A stretch of 64,000 nucleotides of DNA from an uncultured Flavobacteriales bacterium (GTDB lineage: Bacteria; Bacteroidota; Bacteroidia; Flavobacteriales; Schleiferiaceae): positions 25,400 to 89,399 of the forward strand of contig CATMQD010000001.1 in NCBI GenBank assembly GCA_950073045.1, read 5' to 3'. Made by a program: the position numbers and the translations under genes. Below are positions 7,625-19,600 of the stretch, in pieces. The notes under the pieces were generated by a model. That model saw only the letters and a list, made by a program, of their open reading frames with translations, was not told the DNA's origin and made no database searches. Numbering within the stretch: the first letter of the stretch is position 1; each line of letters begins with the position of its first letter.

Positions 7625-10600
7625 TTATTTCATGAGCATTTTACGAACCGCTACCTGATCGGCAGTGCGGATATACAAGAAGTAGTTGGCAGTAGGCAAA
7701 TGACCAACATCTACCTGCACCTTTCCATCGTGATCAGTTTGAGCCTGCTGCTCATACACCTTTCTTCCATCCAAACTATAGAGACTAATGCTTAAGTCTT
7801 CAATGCCATCTACATTTAGCTCAATATTAAATTGACCGTTGTTTGGATTAGGATAAACTTCTAATTGCTTTAGATCGAGTTCCTCTAAACCAATTCCACC
7901 TCCACTGGTGCCAACCACATAGCCCGCAGAGTAAGTAAAGCAACCTACGGTATTGCTAACCTCAACCTGATAGTTACCACTCTGAGTATAGGTGTACGAT
8001 TGAGTATTAGCACCGCTGATTGCTACACCATCGCGATACCACTGATAAGTGTTGTAAATACCCGTTTCGAGGGTAGTACTTCCCACCTTATTAATAGTTG
8101 GAGTTACCGGTTTAGGTAATACCGTTATGGCAATACTTCCTGATACATTACAGGACATAGAATCGGTAAACACATAGCTTAATAAATGACGACCCGTTCC
8201 AGCTGTAGCAGGATGGAAGGTAGTACCATTATTAATGATGCCGTTACCAGACCACACGATATTCTGACCAAGCGTAATATTCACCGCTGGATCGTTCACA
8301 CAGGCTTCAATTAAACTTGGTAACTGAGGCTGTCCTTGAGGTACTACCACAATTGTGAAGCTTGCCGTGCTGGAATTACCTGCTGGATCCGAAATCTCAA
8401 AGGTATTAGTAGTTGCTCCTGGCGGGAATACGCTACCACTTGGTAATCCACCGGTTTGGCGCACCTGTAAAAGCCCACTACAATTATCCGATCCACTTGG
8501 CATGGTGAAGGTGTATATCTGTCCACATTGGCCCACCGTATCACTAGCCGGAACCAAAGTAAACACCGGTGCTTCTTGATCTTCAACGGTAATATCAAAA
8601 CTACTAGAGCTTGTGTTTCCAGCGGCGTCGGTAGCCGTAAAGCTTACCGTTGTGGTTCCTACCGGGAAGGTAGATCCACTAGCGTGAGAAGTAGTAATTG
8701 TTGCTCCACTACAGTTATCGCTTACCGTTGGTAAAGTATAAGTTACCACGGCATCACAATTGCCTGCATCATTAGCTACGGTAATATTAGAAGGCACATT
8801 GCTAATCGTTGGCGCAATTACATCGGTCACCGTAATGTCAAAACTAGTAGTACGATTATTTCCATCGGCATCGGAAGCGGTTACCGTTACCGTTGTGGTT
8901 CCTAATGGGAAGGTAGCACCAGAGCTATGACTCGAAGTATAACTTACAGTGCTGCAATTGTCGGTCGCAGTAGGTGTCGTCCAAGTAACTGTGGCATCAC
9001 AACTTGTGGCATTAGGACTAACCGAGATATTATTAGCACCAGAGGTAAATACTGGAGCAATAGTATCTAATACCGTTACAGTAAAGCTGCTGCTACTGCT
9101 ATTGCCACTTGGGTCATTGGCGGTAAGCACTACCGTGGTGGTTCCAGTGTTAAAGAAGCTTCCGCTAGAAATGCTCGAACTAATTCCACTTACGCTACAA
9201 TTGTCGCTTCCTGTAATGCTTGGCCAACTTACCGTTGCACCACAAGATCCTGCGGTACTATAAGCCGTAATATTAGCTGGCGTATTGCTTACGCTGGGGC
9301 TGATGGTATCTACCACCGTTACAATGGCTCCACCACTAGCGCTGTTTCCACTACCATCAGTAACACTTAAGGTTACTAGGTTTTGTCCCACATTACTACA
9401 ATCAAAACTGCTAATGTTTAAGCTGTAGCTTGATATCGTACAGTTATCCGTACTACCATTATTAATATCCGTAGTGCTAATGGTAGCGTTTCCGCTAGCG
9501 TTCAAATACACGGTGTGTGCCTGAGTAATAACCGTAGGAGCTATATTATCAACCACCGTTACGGTAGAAGTAGTACTGCTCGAGTTACCATTAAGGTCGA
9601 TTACGGTTAAGGTAACCGTATTTGGACCAAGGTCGCTACAGCTAAAGCTAGATGGGCTTACACTCATACTTGCAATTCCACAAGCATCAGAACTACCCGC
9701 AGCAATATTAGAAGCTACAATGCTGGCATTGCCATTAGCATCGAGACTTACACTATAATTTTGAGCCACTGCATTTGGACTAATTGTGTCGATTACAGTT
9801 ACCGTAGCCGAAATTGAAGAGCTATTGCCGCTGCCATCAGTGGCGCTTAAGATTACATTATTAGCTCCAACATCAGCACAGGTAAAGCTAGTTTTACTTA
9901 AGCTATAACTGCTAATACCACAGTTATCTGCAGAACCATTATTTACTGCCGCGGCACTAATTGCTACCACGCCATTGGCATCTAAGTAGGCATTAATGTT
10001 TTGGCTTGCCATTAGCGGTGAAACAGTATCAACCACCGTTACTGTAGCACTTGCGCTGCTGCTGTTTCCAGAGCCATCGCTTACCGTTAAGCTAACTGTA
10101 TTTAAGCCTAAATCTGAACAGCCAAATGTACTTTGACTTAAGCTTAAGCTGCTTACACTACAATTATCGCTCGAGCCATTGTCTATCATTCCAGCGCTAA
10201 TACTAGCTGCACCATTGGCATCTAGGTACACTGTAATGTTCTGGGTATTCGCACTTGGAGCGATATTATCTACCACTGTTACGGTAGCCATGCTGCTGGC
10301 GGTATTACCATTGTTATCAGTAACACTTAAGCTTAACATATTGGTACCAAGGTCGGCACAGGTGAAACTAGTATTGCTCAGAGACATGCTGGCTATTCCA
10401 CAAGCATCGCTACTACCATCATCTATATCACTGGTGCTAATGCTGGCATTGCCGTTAGCATCTAGGGCCACAGTAATATTCTGACTTTGCACATTCGGAC
10501 TGATAGTATCCATTACCGTTACAATAGCATGTGCAGATGTACTATTGGAAGAAGCATCGGTAGCGCTTAAGCTTACCGTATTGGCACCTACATCACTACA

Positions 10601-13600
10601 GGTAAATGAACTTACATCAAGCGCTAAGCTTGACACTGAGCAATTGTCACTACTGCCATTGTCTATCATTCCAGCACTAATACTCGCTGTGCCATTGGCA
10701 TCTAGGTAAACCGTAATATTTTGTGTTGCAACCATTGGCGACACGGTATCCATCACGGTTACAGTAGCAGCTGTGTTGGCGCTATTTCCGCTGGCATCCG
10801 TTACGGTAAGAACCACGGTGTTATTACCTAGGTCTCCGCATCCAAAGCTTGTTTTACTTAAGCTATATGTGCTAATGCCACAATTGTCATTACTTCCATT
10901 ATCCACCATCATGGTGCTAAGGCTTGCGCTTCCATTAGCATCTAAATAAATAGTAGTGTTTTGAGCAATGGCCGTTGGTGCACGGTTATCTTCTACCGTT
11001 ACAGTGGCAGTAGCAGTACTGCTATTACCATTATTATCGGTAACCATTATGGTTACGGTATTCGTTCCTAAGTCGCTGCAGCTAAAGCTGGATGGACTAA
11101 CACTCATGCTGGCTATTCCACAAGCATCGCTACTACCATCGTTAATATCCGATGCGCTAATTGAGGCATTACCATTTGCATCTAAAGCAATGGTAATATT
11201 CTTAGAAATCGCAGTCGGGCTAATGGTATCCATCACGGTTAAGGTAGCCGAAGTGCTATTGCTATTTCCTGAGGCATCTTCTACCGTAAGGTTTACCGTA
11301 TTAGGGCCCACATTGCTGCATCCGAAGCTAGAAACATCAATACTACTGCTAGATACGCCACAGTTATCACTGCTTCCTCCTTCGAGGTCGGCAGCCGAAA
11401 TGCTAGCACTTCCACTTGCATCTAGATATACAGTGATATTATTAGCTACTGCTACAGGATTTATTACATCCTGCACCGTTACGATTACCGCACTAGAGTT
11501 TTGATTGCCGCTAGCATCACGAGCAAATAAGCTTACGCTATTCGATCCGATATTGGAGCAATCGAAGCTTTCTTGAGAAATCCACAAACTATCGATTCCG
11601 CAATTATCACTGCTGCCATTATTAATCATACTTGCACTTAAACTCGCCATACCATTGGCATCTAAGCTTAGGATTACTGGCTGGGTTTGTACAATCGGAG
11701 CAATATTATCCTCCACAGTAACTGTTGCAGTTTTACTAGTGCTATTTCCATGTACATCTGTAGCTGTAAGCGTTACGGTATTCACTCCTAAATCACCACA
11801 ATTAAAGCTGCTTTTGCTAGCGGTGTAGAATAACTGGTTACTACAGTTATCGGAACTAGCGCTATCCAGTTGGTTCGGAGAAATACTAGCTAAACCAGTA
11901 GCCCCTAATTGCACAGTAATATTGCGGGTTATCACGCTGGGGCTGATGGTATCCAGCACCGTAATTAAGAAATCGGTACTATCTACATTACCATCGACAT
12001 CGGTTACGATCAGGTATTCCTGATTTAAACCTTCATCGCCACAATCAAACACCGCCTGACTTAAACTTGGCGTGATGCCGCAGTTATCCGTAGAATTATT
12101 ATTCACGGTACTAGCCGCAACTGTAACACTGCCGTTGCCATCTAAATACACGGTTAAATCGCGAGACTTCGCTACTGGTGTAATGGTATCGCGAACTTCT
12201 ACCACCGCGGTATTAGTCGCCGAGTTTCCATTTACATCAACCACCGTTAAGACCACAGTATTATTACCCAAATTCGAACAATCGAAACTGCTAATATCTA
12301 AGCTGTAGCTAGCTATACCACAAGCATCGGTGCTACCATTATTAATCATTCCTGGATTAATGCTGGTTTGACCATTAGCATCGAGGTACATAATTAGCGA
12401 TTGGGTATTTACCACTGGTGAAATGGTATCCACCACCAGCACGGAAGCGGTAGCTGTATTGGAAGCCGAGCCACCAGTTGCCTGGGCGGTTACCGTTACT
12501 GTATTCATCCCCACATCCGAACAATCGAAATCGTAAATGTCTAGGAATACTGTATCAATTGAACAAGCATTGGAGGTTCCACTACTAACATCAAACACCT
12601 CAATGCTGGCATCGCCATTAGCATCTAAATAAGCGGTATGCGATTTTGTAGAAATACTCGGACTAATCGTATCTACCACCGTTACTGTAAAGTTGGCGCT
12701 GTTTTGATTTCCAGACTGATCTTGTACTGTGAAGTTCACGGTATTGGCACCTAAGTCATCACAATCGTAATCCTCTTTGCTAATGGTTGTGGATACAATG
12801 GAACAGTTATCACTGCTACCATTATCCGCATCATTAGCGGTAATACTCGCCGAACCATTTCCATCTAAGTAGATCGTTAAGTTCTGCACGCTTGCCACAG
12901 GATTGGTAGTATCCATCACGGTAACCGTAGCGCTGCAAGTACTGGAGTTCCCTGCCTGATCTGTAACTGTAAGCACCACGGTATTGGCACCAAGATCGCT
13001 ACAGCTAAAGCTCATATTATCCAAGCTCAAATTAGCTACACTGCAATTATCCGTTGACCCATTATCAATGTCATTTGGCGTAATTACTGCTGAGCCCGAA
13101 CCATCTAGATATACGGTTAAGTTCTGACAAACTGCGCTTGGAGAAACCGTATCTACCACCGTAACGGTAGCGGTGCAAGTACTCTGATTAGCTGCTTGAT
13201 CCGTAACCGTTAAAGTCACTGTATTCGCACCTTCATCGGCGCAAGTAAATGAAGCCTTGTCTACATCAATATTAGCGACGGAACAATTATCAGATGAGCC
13301 ATTATCTACATCGGCGGCGGTAATGCTAGCATTTCCAGAACCATCGAGGTAAATAGTAAGATTTTGGCAAACCGCCGTAGGAGCAGTGCTGTCTATAACT
13401 GTAACCGTAGCAGTACTGCTATTGGTATTACCCGCCTGATCGGTTACGGTAAGAGTTACGGTATTGGCACCTTCATCGGCACAGCTAAAGCTACTTGGGC
13501 TAACGCTGAGGTTGGTTACGGTACAATTGTCCGAGCTTCCACCATCAACATCGCTTCCGCTGATACTGGCGGCACCGTTACCATCGAGGTAAACATTAAT

Positions 13601-16600
13601 ATTCTGACTTACAGCCACAGGAGAAGTGGTATCTACCACTGTAATAGTAGCCGTACAGCTACTAAAGTTCCCCGTTTGATCAGTTACGGTAAGGCTTACA
13701 GTATTGGCACCTTCATCGGCACAAGTAAAGCTTGTTTGATCCAGGCTCAAGGTAGCTACGGTACAATTATCCGTAGAGCCATTATCTACATCTGCCGCAG
13801 TTATGCTTGCATTACCGGCGCCATCTAGGTAAACTGTTAAATCTTGACAAACAGCAGTAGGAGCAGTAGAATCTACCACCGTTACTGTTGCGCTGCAAGT
13901 ACTCGAATTTCCAGTTTGATCTGTAGCCGTAAGGATAACTGTATTAGCCCCTTCATCGGCACATGTAAAGCTGGTATTATCTAAGCTTAAGCTGCTTAGC
14001 GTACAATTATCGCTAGAGCCATTATCGATATCCGCAGCAACAATGCTGGCGTTTCCAGAACCATCGAGGTAAACCGTAATATCTTGGCAAACAACTATTG
14101 GAGAAGTAGTATCAGCCACGGTAACTGTAGCACTTCCTGTATTTTGATTTCCATTGATATCTGTTACCGTTAGAGTTACGGTGTTATTGCCTTCATCTGC
14201 ACAGCTAAAGCTGGCTGGCGAAACTGCTAAACTGGCTACTCCGCAATTATCCGTTGAGCCATTGTCTACAGCGGCACCAACAATGCTCGCGTTTCCGCTG
14301 GCATCTAGGTAAACGGTAATGTTTTGAGTGTTAACCGTTGGCAATACAACATCCTCAATTACTAAAGTGTAAGTGTCGGTATAAGTACAGCCATTTGCAT
14401 CTGTAATTGTAACCGTATAAGCACCGGTATCAATTGCAGCCCGGTCTTCCGTTACTGCAGGTCCATCCGACCAGCTAATATTATAAGGTAAAGTACCCCC
14501 GGTAATAGTTAAATCTATAGCGCCATCAAAATTAGCGGCACAGGTAGGGTTGGTAATATTTACGCTTAAGCTGATGGTATCCGGTTCCACTAAGGTAATG
14601 GAGTCTTGAAGACTATAACCCTGAGCATCAGTAATGGTTACATAGTATTTACCGGAAGCCAATCCATTGGCGGTATCGTTTAATTGAGATCCAGCATTGG
14701 CATCCCACTCATAGGTATAAGGCATTACCCCACCCATAGCGCTGGCCTCTGCCTCGCCATCGGAAGCGGAGTTACAAGAAATATCCTGACCATTAAAGTC
14801 GGAGATAACTACGGTGTTAGTACTTAAGCCTTCACCGATGTAGAATTCATCGAGATCTAAGAAATAGTCACCCGTTCCGCGCTCTGCCGCAAAACGAATC
14901 ATCACTACTCCACCGGCATAGCTAGACATGTCATATTCCATGCGGCGCATATCCGCAGATGCAGTATGGTTACCCGCATGGATGGTATCCATCAAGGTCC
15001 AATTCTGACCGCAATCAGTAGAGATTAAAACCTTTAATGTATCGCCATTACCTAAACTCGTGCCGTTGGTTCCGGCTGAATAATCTACATAGCGATAAGC
15101 ATAGCGGAATACATCGCCTGCCGCAATATTTTCGATGCGGGAGCTAGTGGTGGTAAAGCTCGGAGCGCTAGACCATAGGTTTTTATAGAGCACCGATGAA
15201 GGAGCATTATGACCCGTGGTTATAGAACCATCAGTAGTCCAATCTCCTGGTAAGCCTGATTCGAAGTCTCCCCGATAGTCGGTGCTGTAGCGTGCTGGGG
15301 TAGTGATGTTCGCGAAGGAACTATCGTTATCAGTATCCGCGTCCGTACCAAGGTTAGTGTAAGCTACGATGTCGTAGTTTCCTGTTGCACTAGCATCAAA
15401 CAAAGTGGTAAAAGTGTATTGAGTGCTAGCCCCAGGACTTAAGCTACCGGTCCAAGTTTCAGAAATCGTGGAACCATTAAACTCATAAATAACTGGAATG
15501 CTGGTTTGTGTAGCCGCACCAAAGTTGCTAATGTCTACGGTTAAAGCTTGGTTAGTACCACAACCATCACCATTAATGGCGATGTCGGTAACTCCTACTT
15601 CATGCATTGGTGCTTCATCAACGGTAACATCGTCAATAGCCATATCGGTGGTAAAGCCAGAGCCGGTAGTTCCTGTAAATCGGAAAATCACATTATCCTC
15701 TCCTGCTAAGGATAGGATTAAGGCTCCGGTTCCATTCCAGCTATTCCCTTGATCGCCGCTTAGGCTAACAATTGGAGTGGACCATGTAGCTCCGCTATCG
15801 GCAGAGTAGCTAAGCTCTAAGCTACCCATTGCCGCTCCATACATGTGATAATCGAAAGTGATTCGAGGAGCAGTATTGGTAGTGAAATCGAAAACGGGAC
15901 TATAAAGCTGGGCTACATTATTAAAGCAGGAAGTACCTTCAATAAAGAGGTAATTTCCTCCGCCATTATTATCGCCAGAAGGTCCGGTGTTGGATGATCC
16001 TGTTCCACTACTACGTGGGTTCCAATCTACATCGTCAGAACTTCCTTCATTAGACCAACATTCACCAAGGTCATTGGTGGTTCCACAAGAAATGGATCCA
16101 TTATTTGGTGTTAAGCCGTCAAAGTCTTGGGTATATGGGAAGCTGTTAATTACCGCACATAAGGTGGTAAAACTTAGAGGACCTACTCTGGTGCTTGTAT
16201 CACCAACACCACAGTAAGAGCGCAAGTAAACATCGTAGGTCGTGTTTTCGGTTAATCCGCTTAATGCACAAGGCATGCTACTTACAGATTGTTCCGTGCC
16301 TGTACCGGGACTAAAACCAGAAGCACCATACTCCACTAACCAAGTGGTAGCGGAACCATTTTCGGTCCAAGCTAATTTGGCCAAATCGATACCCACTGTA
16401 TCGGTATTAAAGGCGCTCGGGGCAGGACAGCTCACACAGGCGGATACACTAAGTTCATCGATAGACATATCTCCCGCATAAACACCACCACCATTAAGGG
16501 TATCATATTGCGTAAACTGAATGTAAATGGTAGAACCGATATAGGCACTGATATCTATACCGACATTAGCCCAATCATCTGCTCCGGAAGTTTGCAATTG

Positions 16601-19600
16601 CCCAGTCCAAGTAAACTCATTGGTAAATGGTCCAGCAGGATCGGTACCGATTCCCACGTTTAAAGTTCCCATACCCGCACCATAAGCGTGCATATAGAAA
16701 GAAAGCTCTGCTTCATTTACAGCGCCACTTAAATCGATTGCCGGAGATACAATGCTGCCATTATTATCGGTGGTACCCGAAGCTTCATAGTTCATGAAGT
16801 TTCCGCCACCAAAGCCAGAATTGGCTCCAGTTCCAGAAGAACTTGCACCATCTGGAATTTCCCAACTCGCATTTCCCGAATTGATACTTCCGGTCCAACC
16901 GGCCGAATTATCTTCAAAGTCTTCTGTGAAAAGTACACTCGCTACTCCTGCTACACAGTTAATGCCCTCTGCAGTATCTGGCAGGGTAATAATTTCCAAT
17001 GGACCTACCCAGGTACTGTTTCCATCCGTGCCTCCACAGGCAGCGCGCACATAAACATCATAGCCAGTAGCGCCACTTAAAGCACTTAAATTATAGGGCT
17101 TGGTAATTCCAGCATTTGTCGGAGTTCCGCTAGGACTAAAGCCTCGAGTACCATACTCGATATCCCAAGCGGTTGCGGTTCCATTTTCCGTCCAGTCTAA
17201 ATCTGCCTCGCTTTGGGTAACATTAGAAGCGCTTAGCCCACTTGGAGCTGGACAATTCGGTGTTTCAATAACCTCAACATCGTCAATGGCAATATCCTTT
17301 TGGAAACCCGTACCCACTTCTTCTCCGCGGAAGCGGATTTGAATGGTTTGACCAGCATAAGCAGAAAGGTCTAAACTTTGAAGCTCCCAGCTCGTATTCT
17401 CGATATCAAAAGTGCTATCTAAAACCCAACCGCTGCCAGCATCAATATCTACATGCATTAAAAATGTAGGGGTATTACCGTGGTCTTCCGACCAGAGGTA
17501 GAAGCGTAATAAGGGAACGGTTAAACCACTGAGATCAATTTGTGGCGACTCTAGGGACGTTGCGGTATTATGAGGTGAGCTATCATCTATCCAAGCAAAA
17601 TAACCGGAGCCACTGGTATTATCGCTTGTTGGGCCGTAAGATGCGCTAGTGCTAAATAGCCAGTTTTCAGAGTTGGTTGCCCCTTGTTCCCAACAATCGG
17701 GAATAGATCCGCTATTGTCAAAATCTTCACTCCAAGGCGCCATAAATACGGCGCAGGCCGTTTTAAAGGTATAAGGACCTTCCCAAAAAGAGGTGTCTCC
17801 TACCGTACAGAATGACCGTACATAAAAATCGTAATCAGTATTCGCTGTTAATCCCGATAAAGAATAGGGATTACTTCCGACGTTCACCGTAGTTCCGGCT
17901 CCTTGACTAAATCCTGTGGGGCCATATTCCACGAACCAGGCTGTTGCGGTACCATTTTCGGTCCAGCCTAAATCTGCTGCACTCGAGGTAATGTTAGTGG
18001 CGGTTAAACTGCTTGGCTTAATACAGGTAGGCGTTAAACGAATGGTAATATTGTCGAAGGTAATTCCATCGCTCGCCGTAGCAGAGGTCGCCGGGAAATT
18101 ATCATTTTGACCAAATCGAATTTGGAAAGTGCTGCTCACTGTTTGTCCAGCGGCACTTAAAGCCGCATCAATATCAATGGGTCCTACATTAGAGGTTGTA
18201 CCATTGCCGAGGGCCGTTGGATTTAAATCGTAAATACCCACCCAAGAATCGGATGAAGAACCTCTAATCCATACACTATCCTGAGCTTGATCTTCATCAC
18301 CATGATCTTGGTAATCGAATAAAAACTCTAAGTCGGTATTGGCGGTATAAGAGCTCATGTTTACGGTAAACTCCAAAAAGTTGGATACAAAAGTTCCACT
18401 AGGAGTCATATCAAGAGTTACAGAACCTGAACCTGAAATAGCGGTTACGGCATTGGTTCCCCAACGTGCCCTTCCCAGCCCCTGGTTATCCGTGCTGTAT
18501 TGAATGTTCACATTGGTGTTACAGGTAATTGCCACATCAGTTTGGCTCGTTCCATTAAGCGATTCAAAGTCTTCTACAAATGGTAGGCTAATTGCATTGG
18601 GGGTAACACAAGGGGTACTAAATGAGTATGGTCCGGCCCAAGTACTGGCAGAACCACCGCAATCGGCACGAACATAAAACTCATAGCTAGAATTAGCGGT
18701 TAATCCGGCTAGGTTATAAGGATTAGAGCTCACCCCACTTACCATAGTTCCAGAACCTTGGCTAAAGCCAGAAGCACCATACTCTATATCCCATTGAGTT
18801 TCGGTGCCGGTGGAGTTCCAGCCTAAATCGGCCGAGGTGGCCATCAAGTTTGTAGCGGTTAAGGTGTTAGGCGGTGTACAACTTGGTGCGGTTGAGTGAT
18901 AGGCTACAATTAACCAAGTGCCATCGTCTACCTTATTAAAGGTTGTATTACAACCACTCCCGCCATAAGTACGGCCAGCGTGCATTTGAAAGCTTACATT
19001 ACCTGTAGCGGTATTGGCAAAGCTGAGGGAGTTTCGATTATATGAAAGAGTACCACCAGTACCACCCGAGCCATTGTTAATACTCGACTCTCCCTGTGTG
19101 GTGTTGGTACAATAAATCCATGAGCGCTGCTCCGACATCCAACCGCCACCACCTGCGGTCATATCATAATAAACATCTACACTATCAACCCAATCGCCAG
19201 AAGGTATGGTAAGGGTTATCGTAGCTGGGCAGCTAGAAGTACCCGGAATGGCCGTAAAACTGCGATCAGAATCTATGTCGCCAGAGGTATAAGTGCCACA
19301 TACTGCATTAGGTGGGCATTGGAAGGCAGTAGTAAAGGTGAATGGACCGGCCCAGTTACTGGTTGTTCCACCACAATTGGCGCGCACATAATATTGATAT
19401 TCGGTAGATGAGCTTAATCCGCTTAAAGAATAAGGGTTTGAGCTAACAGCACTTAGCATTGTTCCAGACCCTTGGCTGAAGCCAGAGGCGCCATACTCTA
19501 TATCCCATTGAGTTTCAGTGCCAGTAGAAGTCCATGCTAAATCGGCCGAAGTTGCTGCAATATTGCTAGCTGTTAAAGAGTTAGGCGGTGTACAACTAGG

